Part shown: piece by piece, positions 39,150 through 50,859 of the stretch | Position numbering within the stretch: the first letter of the stretch is position 1 | Layout: every line of letters starts with the position of its first letter | Assembly: GCA_002633005.1 (NCBI GenBank) | Contig: NMRA01000071.1 | Location: 27,842-91,841, forward strand | Source: Phoronis australis | Taxonomy: Eukaryota; Animalia; Phoronida | Direction: 5' to 3' | DNA: 64,000 nt | The notes under the pieces: model-generated | Database searches by the model: none | Told to the model about the DNA's origin: nothing | What the model saw: the letters and a program-made list of their open reading frames with translations, nothing else | Translations under genes and position numbers: made by a program

Positions 39150-40116
39150 CTGGTGGTATACGTGGTGGAGAATTACCGAGTGTGTGGCAAACATTTTCTG
39201 TCGAGCTGTAGCCTCTACAGCGAGTGGAGGCACTTCTTCTACTCCCATCCGTGCCTCCGAACGTACCCCCACAGCGTGCAATTCCAGGAACTAGCAGTAA
39301 TTCGCCCTATGCTGCTGTGGTCTCAAGCCCAGAGCCTGTAAGCAACCCTGCAGCGATGTTGTGTATTGGGAGTGAAAACAGGCCCAGTTCGACACCCAAT
39401 GAGGAGTACAGTGAACAGGCCATTGAGCCAAACTTTGATAAGTTTATTGTGGACTTGACTAAGCTATTGGAGCTATTTAAAAGGTGCCAGGTGTACGTGT
39501 GGTGAGTGAGTCACATGTCGATATGCAAGCAGTTTGGGTGCTCAGGTGACCATCCAATGGGAACAGCATAGGCATTCCATTGAGGTCTGCATAACAGTGC
39601 ACACCGTGCATTTGGATCAAGACGTCCCACCACGTCTGTCCTCAGTCTGCCTCATCCCTCTCATCACCTGTCTGTCCGTATTCTGCCTCACTGTGCTCGG
39701 GCTCAAACATATATTCACCCACTGACTGTTCGTGAAAAAATCCATCGTCGCATCTGCTATAAAAAATGTCTCCGTCACTCACAGCGCTATGTCTGTGATA
39801 TGGGGTCGCCAACTCCAGCCATTTCAGGCTACCACAAACCAAACGAATCCTAAATCTAACGTTATCGAGTTCTCTAACAACCCAGATTGTTGTAGAATAC
39901 TCGTCGATGGGAAGTGATGACGGCAATTTTTGCACGAAAACAGCAGCAGAACAGATCCTCACAGTAAACTCACATGCAGAAAAAATGGCGCGAAATTCTT
40001 AACACCCAAGACTTCACTTCCACAGGAGAGCATGACTAATTAACAAATTACTGGAAGCCATAATCAACGAACCGCAATTTTACTAAAACTGACATGAAAA
40101 AAGATTGCCTTCTCCT
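39150..40116. mobile_element. Older, inverted copy of the 30731-32425 Kolobok family
   Basis: ENYRVCGKHF, EPNFDKFIVDLTKLLELFKRCQV, GEYMFEPEH; one TIR ending gattgccttctcc-ttaa. Confidence 0.8.
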
Positions 40117-40189
40117 TAAGTTTTGACATGTTTCGATGTGACTTGTCAGAAACGAAATGGCGTTATCTTACACGGAAAGAACAGTGACA

Positions 40190-41121
40190 TAGTCCAGTCA
40201 TTCACGGATGACCCGGAAAAAAACTGCAACAGAAGATTTTATTGCATAAATCGTATCCTCTCACACCCCTTAGTGTGAGAAAAAAAGTCTACCGGAATCG
40301 GAGTAGCGAAAGTTGGTTTTTCAAGATGGCGAACAAAATGGCCGCCAGATTTGCAGATGACCATTATAACTTGAGAGTGGAATGTGATAGAATAAAAATT
40401 CAAAAAGGTTTACCTATCTTTCATGGGTCAGCAAATCCATCATTTTCCAAGATGGCCGTCAAAACTACTTTGGCTTCGAGTCGCACAACTTTGCACGAAC
40501 ACATTAGTGTGTCGTCTTGCTTCAAACATTGCATCATAGGTTTTCTGGGTGGACTAATCCATTGACATTCGTTGCATTTGGCTTTAATGATTACTTCCAC
40601 CATTTCCAAGATGGCGAACAAAATGGCCGCCAGATTTGCAGATGATCATTTTGTCAGCCATCTTGATTTTTTCTCACCAACCAGTGACCAATTGTAACGT
40701 TCAGATATTTTCGATTGTCTAACGTACAGAAGAATAAAAATTTTGCCATTTTCAGGGCAAAATATAAAAAGAAATCTTGCAACATGTACCAAATTGCCGT
40801 TTCGGCCGCCATTTTGTCTGCCATATTGGTTTTATTTCACGGAAAATTGGCATCTTTTGATTGGTATGCCTTTTATGAAAAGTATAAAATCAATGGCAAA
40901 CTTTATTGTTTTATTTCCAGCTGTTACATATGAGTAACATGCCAGAAAGCAGTAAACACCGGTTTTGGCGGCCATTTTTCCGCCATCTTGAAAAACCGAC
41001 TTCCGCCACTCCGATATCGGTAGACTTTTTTCTGGCGCCAACGGATGTTTGAAGAGGTCATTTATGCAAAAAACCTTCTGTTGCAATTTGTTCTAGGTTG
41101 GGCCCTAGAATGACTGGACTA
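40190..41121. mobile_element. Academ-like non-autonomous element (~150-bp TIRs)
   Basis: termini TAGTCCAGTCATTC...GAATGACTGGACTA; flanks aca/ata; internal aagatggcg/ccgccat repeats. Confidence 0.7.
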
Positions 41122-41215
41122 ATAGTGAGCTATACTCTGTATCAGAGTATGAAATTAATGGCAATACAGCAGGCTAGTGAGAACCTGGTATCAGCCTCCT
41201 ATTTCTTCAAACCTG

Positions 41216-42184
41216 GCTACTACCACCACCACCACCCCCACCCCCACTACAAATACCACAACCACTACCACTACTTCAACTACCACCACTACTACATCTA
41301 CCACTAATCCTTCTACAACTACTACTACTACAATTGTTACTACTACTACTACTACTACTACTACCACTACTACCAATACCACTACTACTATCACCACTAC
41401 CACAAATACTACAACCACTTCTACTACTACTACTTCTACTATTACTACCACTTCTACTTCTACTACTACTATAACTCCTATTAATATTACTACTACTTCT
41501 GCCACTATCACTAGCACTACTACTACTGCTACTATAACAACAACTACTACTATTACTATTAATGCCACTATTGTTACTACTACTACTATCACTAGCACCA
41601 CTACTACAACTACTACTACTTCTACTACCACTACCACTACTACTAGTACTATTAATATTATTACTACTACTACATCTACTACCACCACGACTCCTACTGC
41701 TATCATTACAGCCACTACTTCTACTATTAATACTACTATTAGTACTAATACTACCACTACCACGGCTCCCACTACCACTGCCACAACCACTATTACTACA
41801 ACTACAACTACTACTACCTCTGCCACTACTACTACCACTGCTACTACTACTTCTACTACTGCCTCTAGTACTACCAACACTACCGCTACTTTTAGTGCTA
41901 GTTCTACTACTACCTCTACCAATATTACTACTTCAGCTATTACTGCCCCTACCCCAAACACTACTACTACTACTAGTACTACTACTACTATTACTTCTAC
42001 TACTACTACTACTACTGCTGCTACTACGTCTGCTATTACTACCACTACTACTACCACTACTGCTACTACTACTAATACTATTATTATTACTACTACTACT
42101 ACTTCTACCACTACTACCACTACTAGCACTACTACTTCTACTACTACTACTGCTATTACTACGAGGACCACTACCACTACTGAN

Positions 42185-42217
<33 letters not shown>

Positions 42218-42490
42218 ATACTAATACTATTATTATTACTACTGCTACTACCACTACTACTTCTACTACTACTACTGCTATTACTACGAGGACCACTACC
42301 ACTACTGGTACTATTACTACTACTGCCACTACCACTACCAATATTACTACCACTATCACTACTACTTGTACTACTATTACTACTGCTACCACTACTATTA
42401 CTGCTACTACTTCTGATATTACTACCAGGACTACTACCACTACTGCCACTACCACCACTACAACTACTACTACTAACACTACTACAACTA
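41216..42490. repeat. Degenerate (ACT)n trinucleotide low-complexity tract with a single-N contig join at 42184
   Basis: direct inspection. Confidence 0.95.
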
Positions 42491-42870
42491 CATTATCAAG
42501 ACACGCAAGGGGCTGTTCTTAATCATTCTTTGACCACTGATCACACTTTAGATTACTCTGGTGTTCACATCTTGAACAAGGATAATGCCACCCTCAGGTT
42601 CCTCACGAAGTGGGCCATGCATATAAAGTTGAATTACACTGAGCACTATCTGAATAGAAACATTGGCTCATTTGAAATCCAACTGTTTTGATTTCTGGTC
42701 TCTCCCCTCACAATGCATTTCGACGTGTACCTATCCAGACTGTTCTCCACCTGCATTACCTGTCTGGAATAGTGTGAACATTTGTCTTGAGAATGGTTTA
42801 GTGACAATAAACTGAAACTTCGATTAATACAATGTCTTTGTTTACATATGCACTGGTTTTGAAGTTCGTG
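42490..42870 (+). mobile_element. Penelope-like remnant (GIY-YIG C-terminus plus hammerhead-like motif)
   Basis: AVLNHSLTTDHTLDYSGVHILNK..WAMHIK..LNRNIG; TTGAGAA-T-GGTTTA..TAAACT-GAAAC at 42787-42818. Confidence 0.7.
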
Positions 42871-42938
42871 CTCACGTTTTGGTCTAAAACAAATGTGATT
42901 GATTTAACGTTAGTGTGTCAACATTCCTCTTGATTCAG

Positions 42939-43030
42939 ATGCTTGGCGGACTGTATACTACCTGTTTGAATGGAAAGATGAGGTGACAGGAACGTACAAA
43001 CAGGCACGAAAGAACACAAGACAAGGAAAC
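42939..43030 (+). CDS. Cry-domain-I-like gene, exon D (phase 1-0)
   Basis: acceptor ttcctcttgattcag, donor AAC|gtaagt; YAWRTVYYLFEWKDEVTGTYKQARKNTRQGN. Confidence 0.65.
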
Positions 43031-43302
43031 GTAAGTAATTGGTACAACTGCTGAATGGTGGACATTTCTTCGATGAAAAGAGTGCAGAGAAGTTGCAGCC
43101 TAATTCCACCAAAGGTGGTAATTTTTAATTGGACACTTGTAATATTTAGAGTCATTCGCTACAGGTTCCCAGATTTGTATTTAGCTTGGAATTATATCTT
43201 GCAGGCTCTACTTAAACGGTTTATTGTGTGTAATGCGAACATGTCAGCATTTGCTCCCTTGCACTATGAACTTTCAATTTTCTGCTGAATTGACATCCAT
43301 AG

Positions 43303-43438
43303 GAACTGGCAGGCTGGTGCAAAGCCTATAAAGACAGTGTACAGAAGCAAGTAGACGAATATGTTCTGACCTTGAGGGATACGGTCAAATCATGGGCAAC
43401 GATGTTTAACAATTTGGCGAGAAACCCCTTCGTAAAAG
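43303..43438 (+). CDS. Cry-domain-I-like gene, exon E (phase 0-1; 3' boundary uncertain)
   Basis: acceptor ..tgacatccatag; ELAGWCKAYKDSVQKQVDEYVLTLRDTVKSWATMFNNLARNPFVK, amphipathic helix; donor AAG|gtacga, or read-through to a stop near 43541. Confidence 0.55.
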
Positions 43439-44410
43439 GTACGACATTATGCTCGATAAATAATAACCTGTGGCATATAACATTATTGGCGGTCAATCTC
43501 ACATATTCAACACAAATCCGGCTCCACTCTGAATTCATTTAACTTCAATATAACTGAATATGGACATTGGTTAGTGACAAAAAAGTGACCAGAAAGCGAA
43601 GGAGCATTAGGCGGTTTAACGGGAAGCTGAGGGGAAGCATATTACTTTAACCCAGGAACGCCAAATTCAATCTGGCGCTGATGAGATTGCGCCGCGCATG
43701 CGTGATGTTTTGCATTCGTTTGTTCCAGTGTTGGTTCCTGCTTCGGTTTTACTGTCACTAAATCTTTATGCATCCTGACCGTTTTTTCAATCGAATTGCG
43801 TAAGAGTCATATCATTAGCAAGCCCTTTGTCAGTTCTTGATGGTGTCTGATTATCCAGAAGCACAAGGTAAATAATTTAATTAATAAAGAATTATCATTT
43901 CCTATACCTCAAAGGTTTAAAAATATCCTTTAATTCTCAAAACCAAAGAGTGTTACCAAAATGCGAAAAACAGCATGGTGTAATATAATAGTAACATAAA
44001 ATTGAAATTGAACCAGACAGGCTACATATAAATGACTAGTTGAACCATCAGGGGAATACTTTCAACGATTCAAACGATTTCTACCCTATGAAGGCAAAGA
44101 GTTTAGATTATATGCATCTCCCACAGTTGCTGTGAATGATTTAGTCTGGCATTCATTCAAAATTGTACATCTATAAGTGGATATTTGGCGCAGCTTGATA
44201 CAATTACATTCTTCAGTGAAAATTCAGGAAGCAGTGACATTTACAAAAATTGTGAAAAACTAATTACTCCAACAAACTATTCGAAATTTGCAGATAAAAG
44301 TTCCCTGGAAGATGCAAAACTAGCAAACATCTATTGTGTAGGTTTGAAATGTACTGTTGATAACTCATCACATTGGTTACAGTGTAGAACTTTCCATAGA
44401 AGTAAAAATC

Positions 44411-44754
44411 AGTGTTGCTGGTATATGTAGTTCATGTTACCGTAAATAAGTGGTGCTGGTATATGTAGTGCATGCTACCGTAAACTAGTGGTGCTGGTAT
44501 ATGTAGTGCGTGTTACCGTAAACAAGTGGTGCTGGTATATGTAGTGCGTGTTACCGTAAACAAGTGGTGCTGGTATATGTAGTGCGTGTTACCGTAAACA
44601 AGTGGTGCTGGTATATGTAGTGCATGTTACCGTAAACAAGTGGTGCTGGTATATGTAGTGCGTGTTACCGTAAACAAGTGGTGCTGGTATATGTAGTGCG
44701 TGTTACCGTAAACAAGTGGTGCTGGTATATGTAGTGCGTGTTACCGTAAACAAG
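44411..44754. repeat. 38-bp minisatellite, ~9 copies
   Basis: unit gtggtgctggtatatgtagtgcgtgttaccgtaaacaa. Confidence 0.95.
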
Positions 44755-45454
44755 AGGCTATGGAACACATTTTTATTATTGTTATGTTAATTAAGGAAAG
44801 TGAACTCTTGCAAATAACAATAATCATAACAAAGAGACTATGTTATTTTGAACACCTGTTGCTTAGTCAACATTCGAGAATGAGAAAACCGGACAACTGG
44901 ATTAAAAATCGGGATTTCTGGATAAAAACGGGACGTCTGGGTATAAGCCAAAACACGAGGGTGACATGCTCGCCGCAACATACAAAAACGTTCCGACAGC
45001 ATTTTTGTCAAAAGGGAGACGTAACACCCGAAAGTGCCTGACGTGGTTTCTTTGGTTTTTTGTCGAATGGCAAAGTGCGGGTGCAGCAAAAAAACATGAA
45101 ACGTCCCGTTTTTCCTCATTAATCAAACGGAAGAATAGTTTGAAAGATTTCAATTTGGCCGTATGCCAAACAGTGGGACATTGTGATGGTGTGGCGAGAT
45201 GATGGAAAAAATTCAAAAAGTGGGACAATCCGCCAAGAGCGGGGCAACTCAGTGGCAAGTACACACTACGCTGTCAAAACTACAGAGTACTGGATTGAGT
45301 TCGATTACGAGGTAAAGTTTTCATTTCTTAAAACTTCATATCACCGGTATAGAGAAATGCTACAGATAGCGGTACTGCTCAAAAATCCAATTAACAAAAA
45401 GCATCTGGGCAACAGACAGGTAAGTGAGTTATTACAGAAAAATGAAAACACGAA

Positions 45455-45862
45455 TAACACACGCACGCACACACACACACACACACAAACACACACGCAT
45501 GCACGCGCGCACACGCACACGTTCTTAGCTACGCAATTGTGAGCAGATTTTCGCAAGTTACGGAGTAAGTAGGAGCTGACCTTTACACTTATGATTGCTG
45601 ACCTTTACACTTATGATTGCTGACCTTTACACTTATGATTGCTGACCTTTACACTTATAATTGCAGAACTAACAGTGGAAACCAAATGTCTCTTCCTTTT
45701 GTAAAATACTGTAACATGACTTTAACACCCGAAACTGACTTGTTGAAAAATCCTGGCATGTAGTTTGATAGGCTGTCGAAGGTGGTTCTAAGATTGGAGC
45801 TGAAGAGATGTCAGAGGCCAGACTATTCCCGGCATCCAGCTAGGGCCACAGGTCCGCGCGTA
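45455..45862. repeat. (CA)n-associated interspersed repeat with internal 22-bp tandem (45575-45665); a second copy is split by the LTR element (29405-29578 plus 35970-36145)
   Basis: cttagctacgcaatt and gacttgttgaaaaa..tagtttgata..ggagctgaa..cagactattccc shared between the two loci. Confidence 0.7.
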
Positions 45863-46836
45863 AAGAATGTCCAGGTGTAATTGTCGGGTTTTTGACTAAT
45901 TTTGCCGAGACATCTTTGGTTGTCTGGAGCCGTAGCTCAGGAATCTCGCTTGATGCAAAAAATGACAAAATGAAAATGAAGCAATGAAATTAGGCTTAAT
46001 TTGATAACTGCAACACTCGATCAAATCTCAGTCTAGAATACAGAAATACAGACGAAAATTTCCAGTGCAAACTCTCACGGCTAGTTGTCTCGGGGTCACA
46101 AACTCTAATAATAGAAGGAATAGTTCGGTTACTGTGGTGTACTTCGTGATAGAAACAACCAGAGTTAAGGGCCGTAGGAGGCGGGGGGGGGGTCGTGAGG
46201 GGCACGTACAGGCGTCAGGGTTAAGCCATGGCCACCGACACAGGCGTGGACCAGACTCGAGAAAAGAAAGACTACGAACACGGATAAGAGAGAAAGTTAA
46301 AGAGAATATTTGACAACTCAGTACCAGTGCATGATTTACCATTTGAGGGTCCTGGCCATGACATTTTTGTTAGGGTCTCGGTTTTTGCAACATGTAGGTT
46401 GTCTAAACGCACTTGAAAACGTGCACTTAATGTTTTTGGAAAAATCCAGAAAACTCGTAAAGCGGAACTTTTGCGGAGCATATTAATTCATTGGATTTTA
46501 AATTCAATAAGCCATTTTTGAAAATGAAGAAATGCAGAGGCCTTTCCTTATCAAGGGATAACAGCGACATCTGTCGTTCTATTTTTCGTGTTTTTCTCTA
46601 AATTGTCCATCCCTTGAGAAAATTGATGGCCTGGCAGATAACATCAATTGCTGCGCACTTCCTGACTTTTTAAAATATAGATCTTTTCAAGCGGTCGTGG
46701 TTGTAAAATGTAAGGAATATTGTCGAATGGCGAAACCTTGGGGTGTGTCACTGTGGTTGCGTGTCAGTATGCACTCAGCACGTAAATTGCATGTAACCAT
46801 CCTTCAGGAACAACAAGCTTTCTTGTCATTTTCAAG

Positions 46837-46995
46837 GTTTCACAGCCACGGACAGTAAAATCACTACAGACGGCAAGTTGTGTAAGCTTCCGTTTACCTA
46901 CAGCGGAAAGAGCTACTCCAAATGTACATCCGTTGACCACACCCAGCCATGGTGCATCGTACAAGGAGACAGTTGGGGAAACTGTTATTCTGCTG
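46837..46995 (+). CDS. Fibronectin type II domain exon (phase 1-1)
   Basis: GKLCKLPFTYSGKSYSKCTSVDHTQPWCIVQGDSWGNC matches the FN2 C-x-(F/L)PF-x-Y-x-G..CT..PWC..WG-x-C pattern; acceptor tcattttcaag (alternative start 46846), donor G|gtaatt; absent from the ORF track. Confidence 0.85.
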
Positions 46996-47009
46996 GTAAT
47001 TCCATACTG

Positions 47010-47220
47010 TGACATGGTAAACCTGACATGGTAAACCTGACATGGTACACCTGACATGGTAAACCAGACATGGTACACCTGGCATGGTACATCTGACGTG
47101 TTAAACCTGACATGGTAAACCTGACATGGTAAACCTGACATGGTATACATGACATGGTAAAACTGACATGGTAAACATGACATGGTAAAACTGACATGGT
47201 AAACCTGACATGGTAAACCT
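47010..47220. repeat. 14-bp minisatellite
   Basis: unit gacatggtaaacct. Confidence 0.95.
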
Positions 47221-47443
47221 GGGGCTCGTTCCAACAAAACTGACTTAGCTAAGACAAACATTTGAAATAAAAATTAAATTTGTCTCAAAACCATTTCAAG
47301 AAAGATATCTTAAGTGTTTGACATAGGTTTTGTCTTAATTTTGACTAACTTACCGAATGGGAAGTTTCAAAGGTTTGGAAGTTAAGACAAATCTTAGACT
47401 TAAGTAAAAAATGAACTTAAGTCTGTTTCTTGGAGCATGCCCC
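47221..47443. mobile_element. Small MITE, PIF/Harbinger-like
   Basis: imperfect TIR ggggctcgttccaacaaaactgactta / taagtctgtttcttggagcatgcccc; no clean TSD. Confidence 0.55.
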
Positions 47444-48123
47444 TTAAAGTGCTATTAAAACATACACCTCCTTTCAAAGATCAACTTTTGATTTAACTCA
47501 CTTAGCTGTTATAAATGTTAATACCTTTATCTTGGTACAGTCACCAGTTGACATCGTGCGAATTCCTGGCGATTTATTTACAAACAATTTCAATTAATGC
47601 CAACGGATAAGAACGCGATAACGATTCTTTAAAAGACCAAACGCCGTGAACTTGGTTGAGTTTTATGCACCCACATATTTATATGTCGGCGTATATTGCC
47701 ATCATCTCTGTCCGGGCTTCCAGCGTCCGGCGTCCGGTGCTGTATCTCATCCACGCCTCGTAGAAGGATGTTAATGAGACTTGGCAGATGTTCCCTTGTG
47801 ATTCTCACAACAGACGAGTTACAGACCGATCCAATTACCGCTCCGTCCCCTAGTGGCAATTTTATTTTTTTCGCTTGCTTCTCTATATTTGAAGTTCCTA
47901 TATGGATTGTCATGAAACTAAGCAAATAGGTTTCTGTTGAAGAGACGACGACGTCTTCTCTTTTTCAGACGGATTTTACGCATTCTGCGGCACCTGGTAG
48001 CCACTTTCATTATTGTCCGTTTTTTGGCATCCGCCTCGTTATCCATCAAACTCCTTAAAGAATCATTATAAAATTTAGCAGTTGTCTTTCTGATGGGAAG
48101 ACCATGGCTGACGTTGATTTTTT

Positions 48124-48340
48124 ACGGGTCTGACCACTGTGGCCAGTTTACTAGTGGTGATTGTGTATTTCTGTACGGGTCTGACCACTGTGGCCAGTTT
48201 ACGAGTGGTGATTGTGTATTTTTGTACGGGTCTGACCACTGTGGCCATTTTACTAGTGGTGATTGTGTATTTTCTTTGCAAGGGTCTGACCACTGTGGCC
48301 AGTTTACTAGTGATGATTGTGTATTTTTGAGACCACGACT
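48124..48340. repeat. ~51-bp minisatellite, ~4 copies
   Basis: unit acgggtctgaccactgtggccagtttactagtggtgattgtgtatttctgt. Confidence 0.92.
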
Positions 48341-48671
48341 GTAGCTCTTGATTCCTTTGCAGGATCTTTGTTACCACAGCTGCCTATGAACGTTTGGGCG
48401 GTTCTGACTACTGCTGTAGAAATTTTAGTTTTTACGCTTGCTACTTGTCTTTGCGACAATTGGTGTATTTCCATGAAATTTGGAAAATTATTTTGTATTA
48501 GAAGGACGCCTGACACCTTTCCAATTTCGGACGGGCTCAGCGTATTCCGCGTCATCAAATTGCCACTTCGATTATACAAAAAGCACCCCCTAAAAGTACA
48601 CCGTTTGCGGTGCAATCGTGGGCACAGTTTAACGCTCCATGTTGCTATTGTGAACACTGTCAGGAAATTGG

Positions 48672-48960
48672 TTTATGAGGCTAAGATACATGTTCATTAT
48701 AAGGCTATGATACGTGTTAATTAAAAGGCTATGATACGTTTTCATTATAAGGCTAAGATACATGTTCATTATAAGGCTATGATACATGTTCATTATAAGG
48801 CTATGATACATGTTCATTATAAGGCTATGATACATGTTCATTATAAGGCTAAGATACGTCTTCATTATAAGGCTAAGATACATGTTCATTATAAGGCTAA
48901 GATACATGTTCATTATAAGGCTAAGATACATGCTCATTATCAGGCTAAGGTACATGTTCA
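48672..48960. repeat. 24-bp minisatellite, ~12 copies
   Basis: unit ataaggctaagatacatgttcatt. Confidence 0.95.
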
Positions 48961-49232
48961 CTTTTGGTTAAAGCATAACTTCTTAGGCATGCTCCAGTGC
49001 CGACTTCGTTTCGTGAACTGTGCTTCAATCAATCATTGTTGAAAGATCGGCATTTAGGAGAGCTTTGTCGCAATAGACTGCGGATCTGTTCATATGTTGT
49101 CATCTAACCTTCTAACATTATGGTAACTTGCAAAGTGTGAGTCTAGAATTTTGCATTAAGAGCATTTTCCTTGCACGTGAGAAATATATGTTCTAGGCAC
49201 TTTCACGCGGCTGCCTCTTGACCCTTTTGCAG

Positions 49233-49496
49233 AAAAATTAGATATCGACTTGACATCGTGCAAAATGTCCACGAATCTAAATGAGCAATACTTTGGGCAC
49301 AAAAGTGTTGCTGAGAATGGCAAACCATGTCTGTCCTGGGAACAGCAGACTAAATATAAGGACTTCCCTATGGACGGCCAATCGCGTTCTGTGGCGTCGA
49401 CCCACTGTCGCCGCTTGTTGAAGACAGACTACAGACCGTGGTGTTACACGACCGCCTCGTGGAGTTATTGTTCCATTAGAGACTGTGACGAAACAG
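49233..49496 (+). CDS. Kringle domain exon (phase 1-1, 88 codons)
   Basis: SCKM..QYFGHKSVAENGKPCLSW..THCR..RPWCYTTASWSYCSIRDC, six Cys; acceptor cccttttgcag, donor G|gtgaga. Confidence 0.9.
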
Positions 49497-50441
49497 GTGA
49501 GACAGTATTAATGTTATTACGTCATCATAAGTATTCCTTTGACTTAGTCAATAAAACTTACGGCAATAACAACTGTCTCTCTTGTAACCGTTCTTATTTT
49601 GAATCACATATTGGTGTTTTTTTTTCAGTTTCAGACTGGTATTAATTTTGGAACAATGCAAACAAACAAAAGGTTAAAGAAGAATGGTCGTTTATGAAAA
49701 AATTTTTATTCCTTTTGATTAGTTCCTCAAATTGTCATTATCAAAAGAATATAAAGTTAGAATTAAGCAGACAGAAAATGATCAACGTTTTGTCACTACG
49801 CCAACCTACCCCCTTCCGATCGCCACCCACCAGCTCGCCCTCCCTCGCTCCCCGTTCTCTGGATGCCGCCATATTTGTACCGAACCCCTCCCACCTTTGT
49901 ACTAGTAACAAATCTGACAATACCTTCCGCCGCTAAATGGTTGTTGTATGGTATACTGACGACGCTCGCAAAGACGGTAGATCCTATCAATATTGCGGAT
50001 TACAAGACATGGTGCATCTGGTCAGATTTTACACACGAGTCACACACCAGCGTCCGATTCCCTAGTCAGTTCCTAACCACCGATAGTGAGGTAGGCCCAG
50101 TGGTCTTTTTGGCAATGCATAACCGCTGCGATATCACACTTAATTCAGTTGAGAGTAACGTTACCGGTCAAAGATTCAGTTTGCGGTCGTCAGCACTGGT
50201 GGATCTCGGATGTCCTGAGGGGTCCCAATAACGATTTTCGAAGGCAAAATATCCGCGTAAGCCCTGGACACGTCTGCCGACAGCGTTGTTCGTGCTCGTC
50301 GTAGGGAGATGCCACCTCCATAAAACTGTCTACGGTCTGATTAAAACAATCACATGACGCAACTCTGTTTCAACTTATACTTGTGCAGTAATCAACCGCG
50401 CAATGCAGTTACTGAAGACATTTTGGAACTGGTATTGTACC

Positions 50442-50633
50442 ATGTTTTACATGATTGTGTTGTCAGGCTGTATCATATAATGTTTTACATGAGTGCGTTG
50501 TCAGGCTGTATCATATAATGTTTTACATGAGTGCGTTGTCAGGCTGTATCATATAATGTTTTACATGAGTGCGTTGTCAGGCTGTATCATATAATGTTTT
50601 ACATGAGTGCGTTGTCAGGCTGTATCATATAAT
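50442..50633. repeat. 38-bp minisatellite, ~5 copies
   Basis: unit atgttttacatgagtgcgttgtcaggctgtatcatata. Confidence 0.95.
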
Positions 50634-50859
50634 ATGAAAACCGGACTGTCTATGGGAAGGATGGGCACAAAAATGGGAAGATCAAACAAGAACGGCAAAG
50701 AATGCAAGGAAGTGGGAGGACAGGTAGTAATAGAAAGCTGGACCATTTTTCCACTTTGAGACTCGCATCAAGCAACACAATGTCGTAATTGTATGTCGTA
50801 TCTATGAAAATCTTGCGCACTACGTGTTGTCATTGTCTGTTGTCAACTTCATATAAAAC

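Noticed and set aside
41177-42691. 504-aa Thr-rich mucin-like ORF and the poly-Val/poly-Leu ORFs
   Set aside because: An (ACT)n tract is naturally stop-poor in these frames, the frame flips at the N, there are no convincing splice sites, and the C-terminal tail is Penelope sequence.
27718-43438. Bacterial contamination as the source of the Cry-like sequence
   Set aside because: The coding sequence is split by GT-AG introns filled with animal TEs and lies on the same scaffold as unc-13.
45455-45862. Segmental gene duplication suggested by similarity to 29405-29578 and 35970-36145
   Set aside because: Similarity is confined to a (CA)n-associated repeat; the flanking exons are not paralogous.
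50640-50725. Second, degenerate kringle start (..DC..GKDG..NGKEC..W)
   Set aside because: Requires several frameshifts, has no acceptor site, and the rest of the domain is missing; may be chance.
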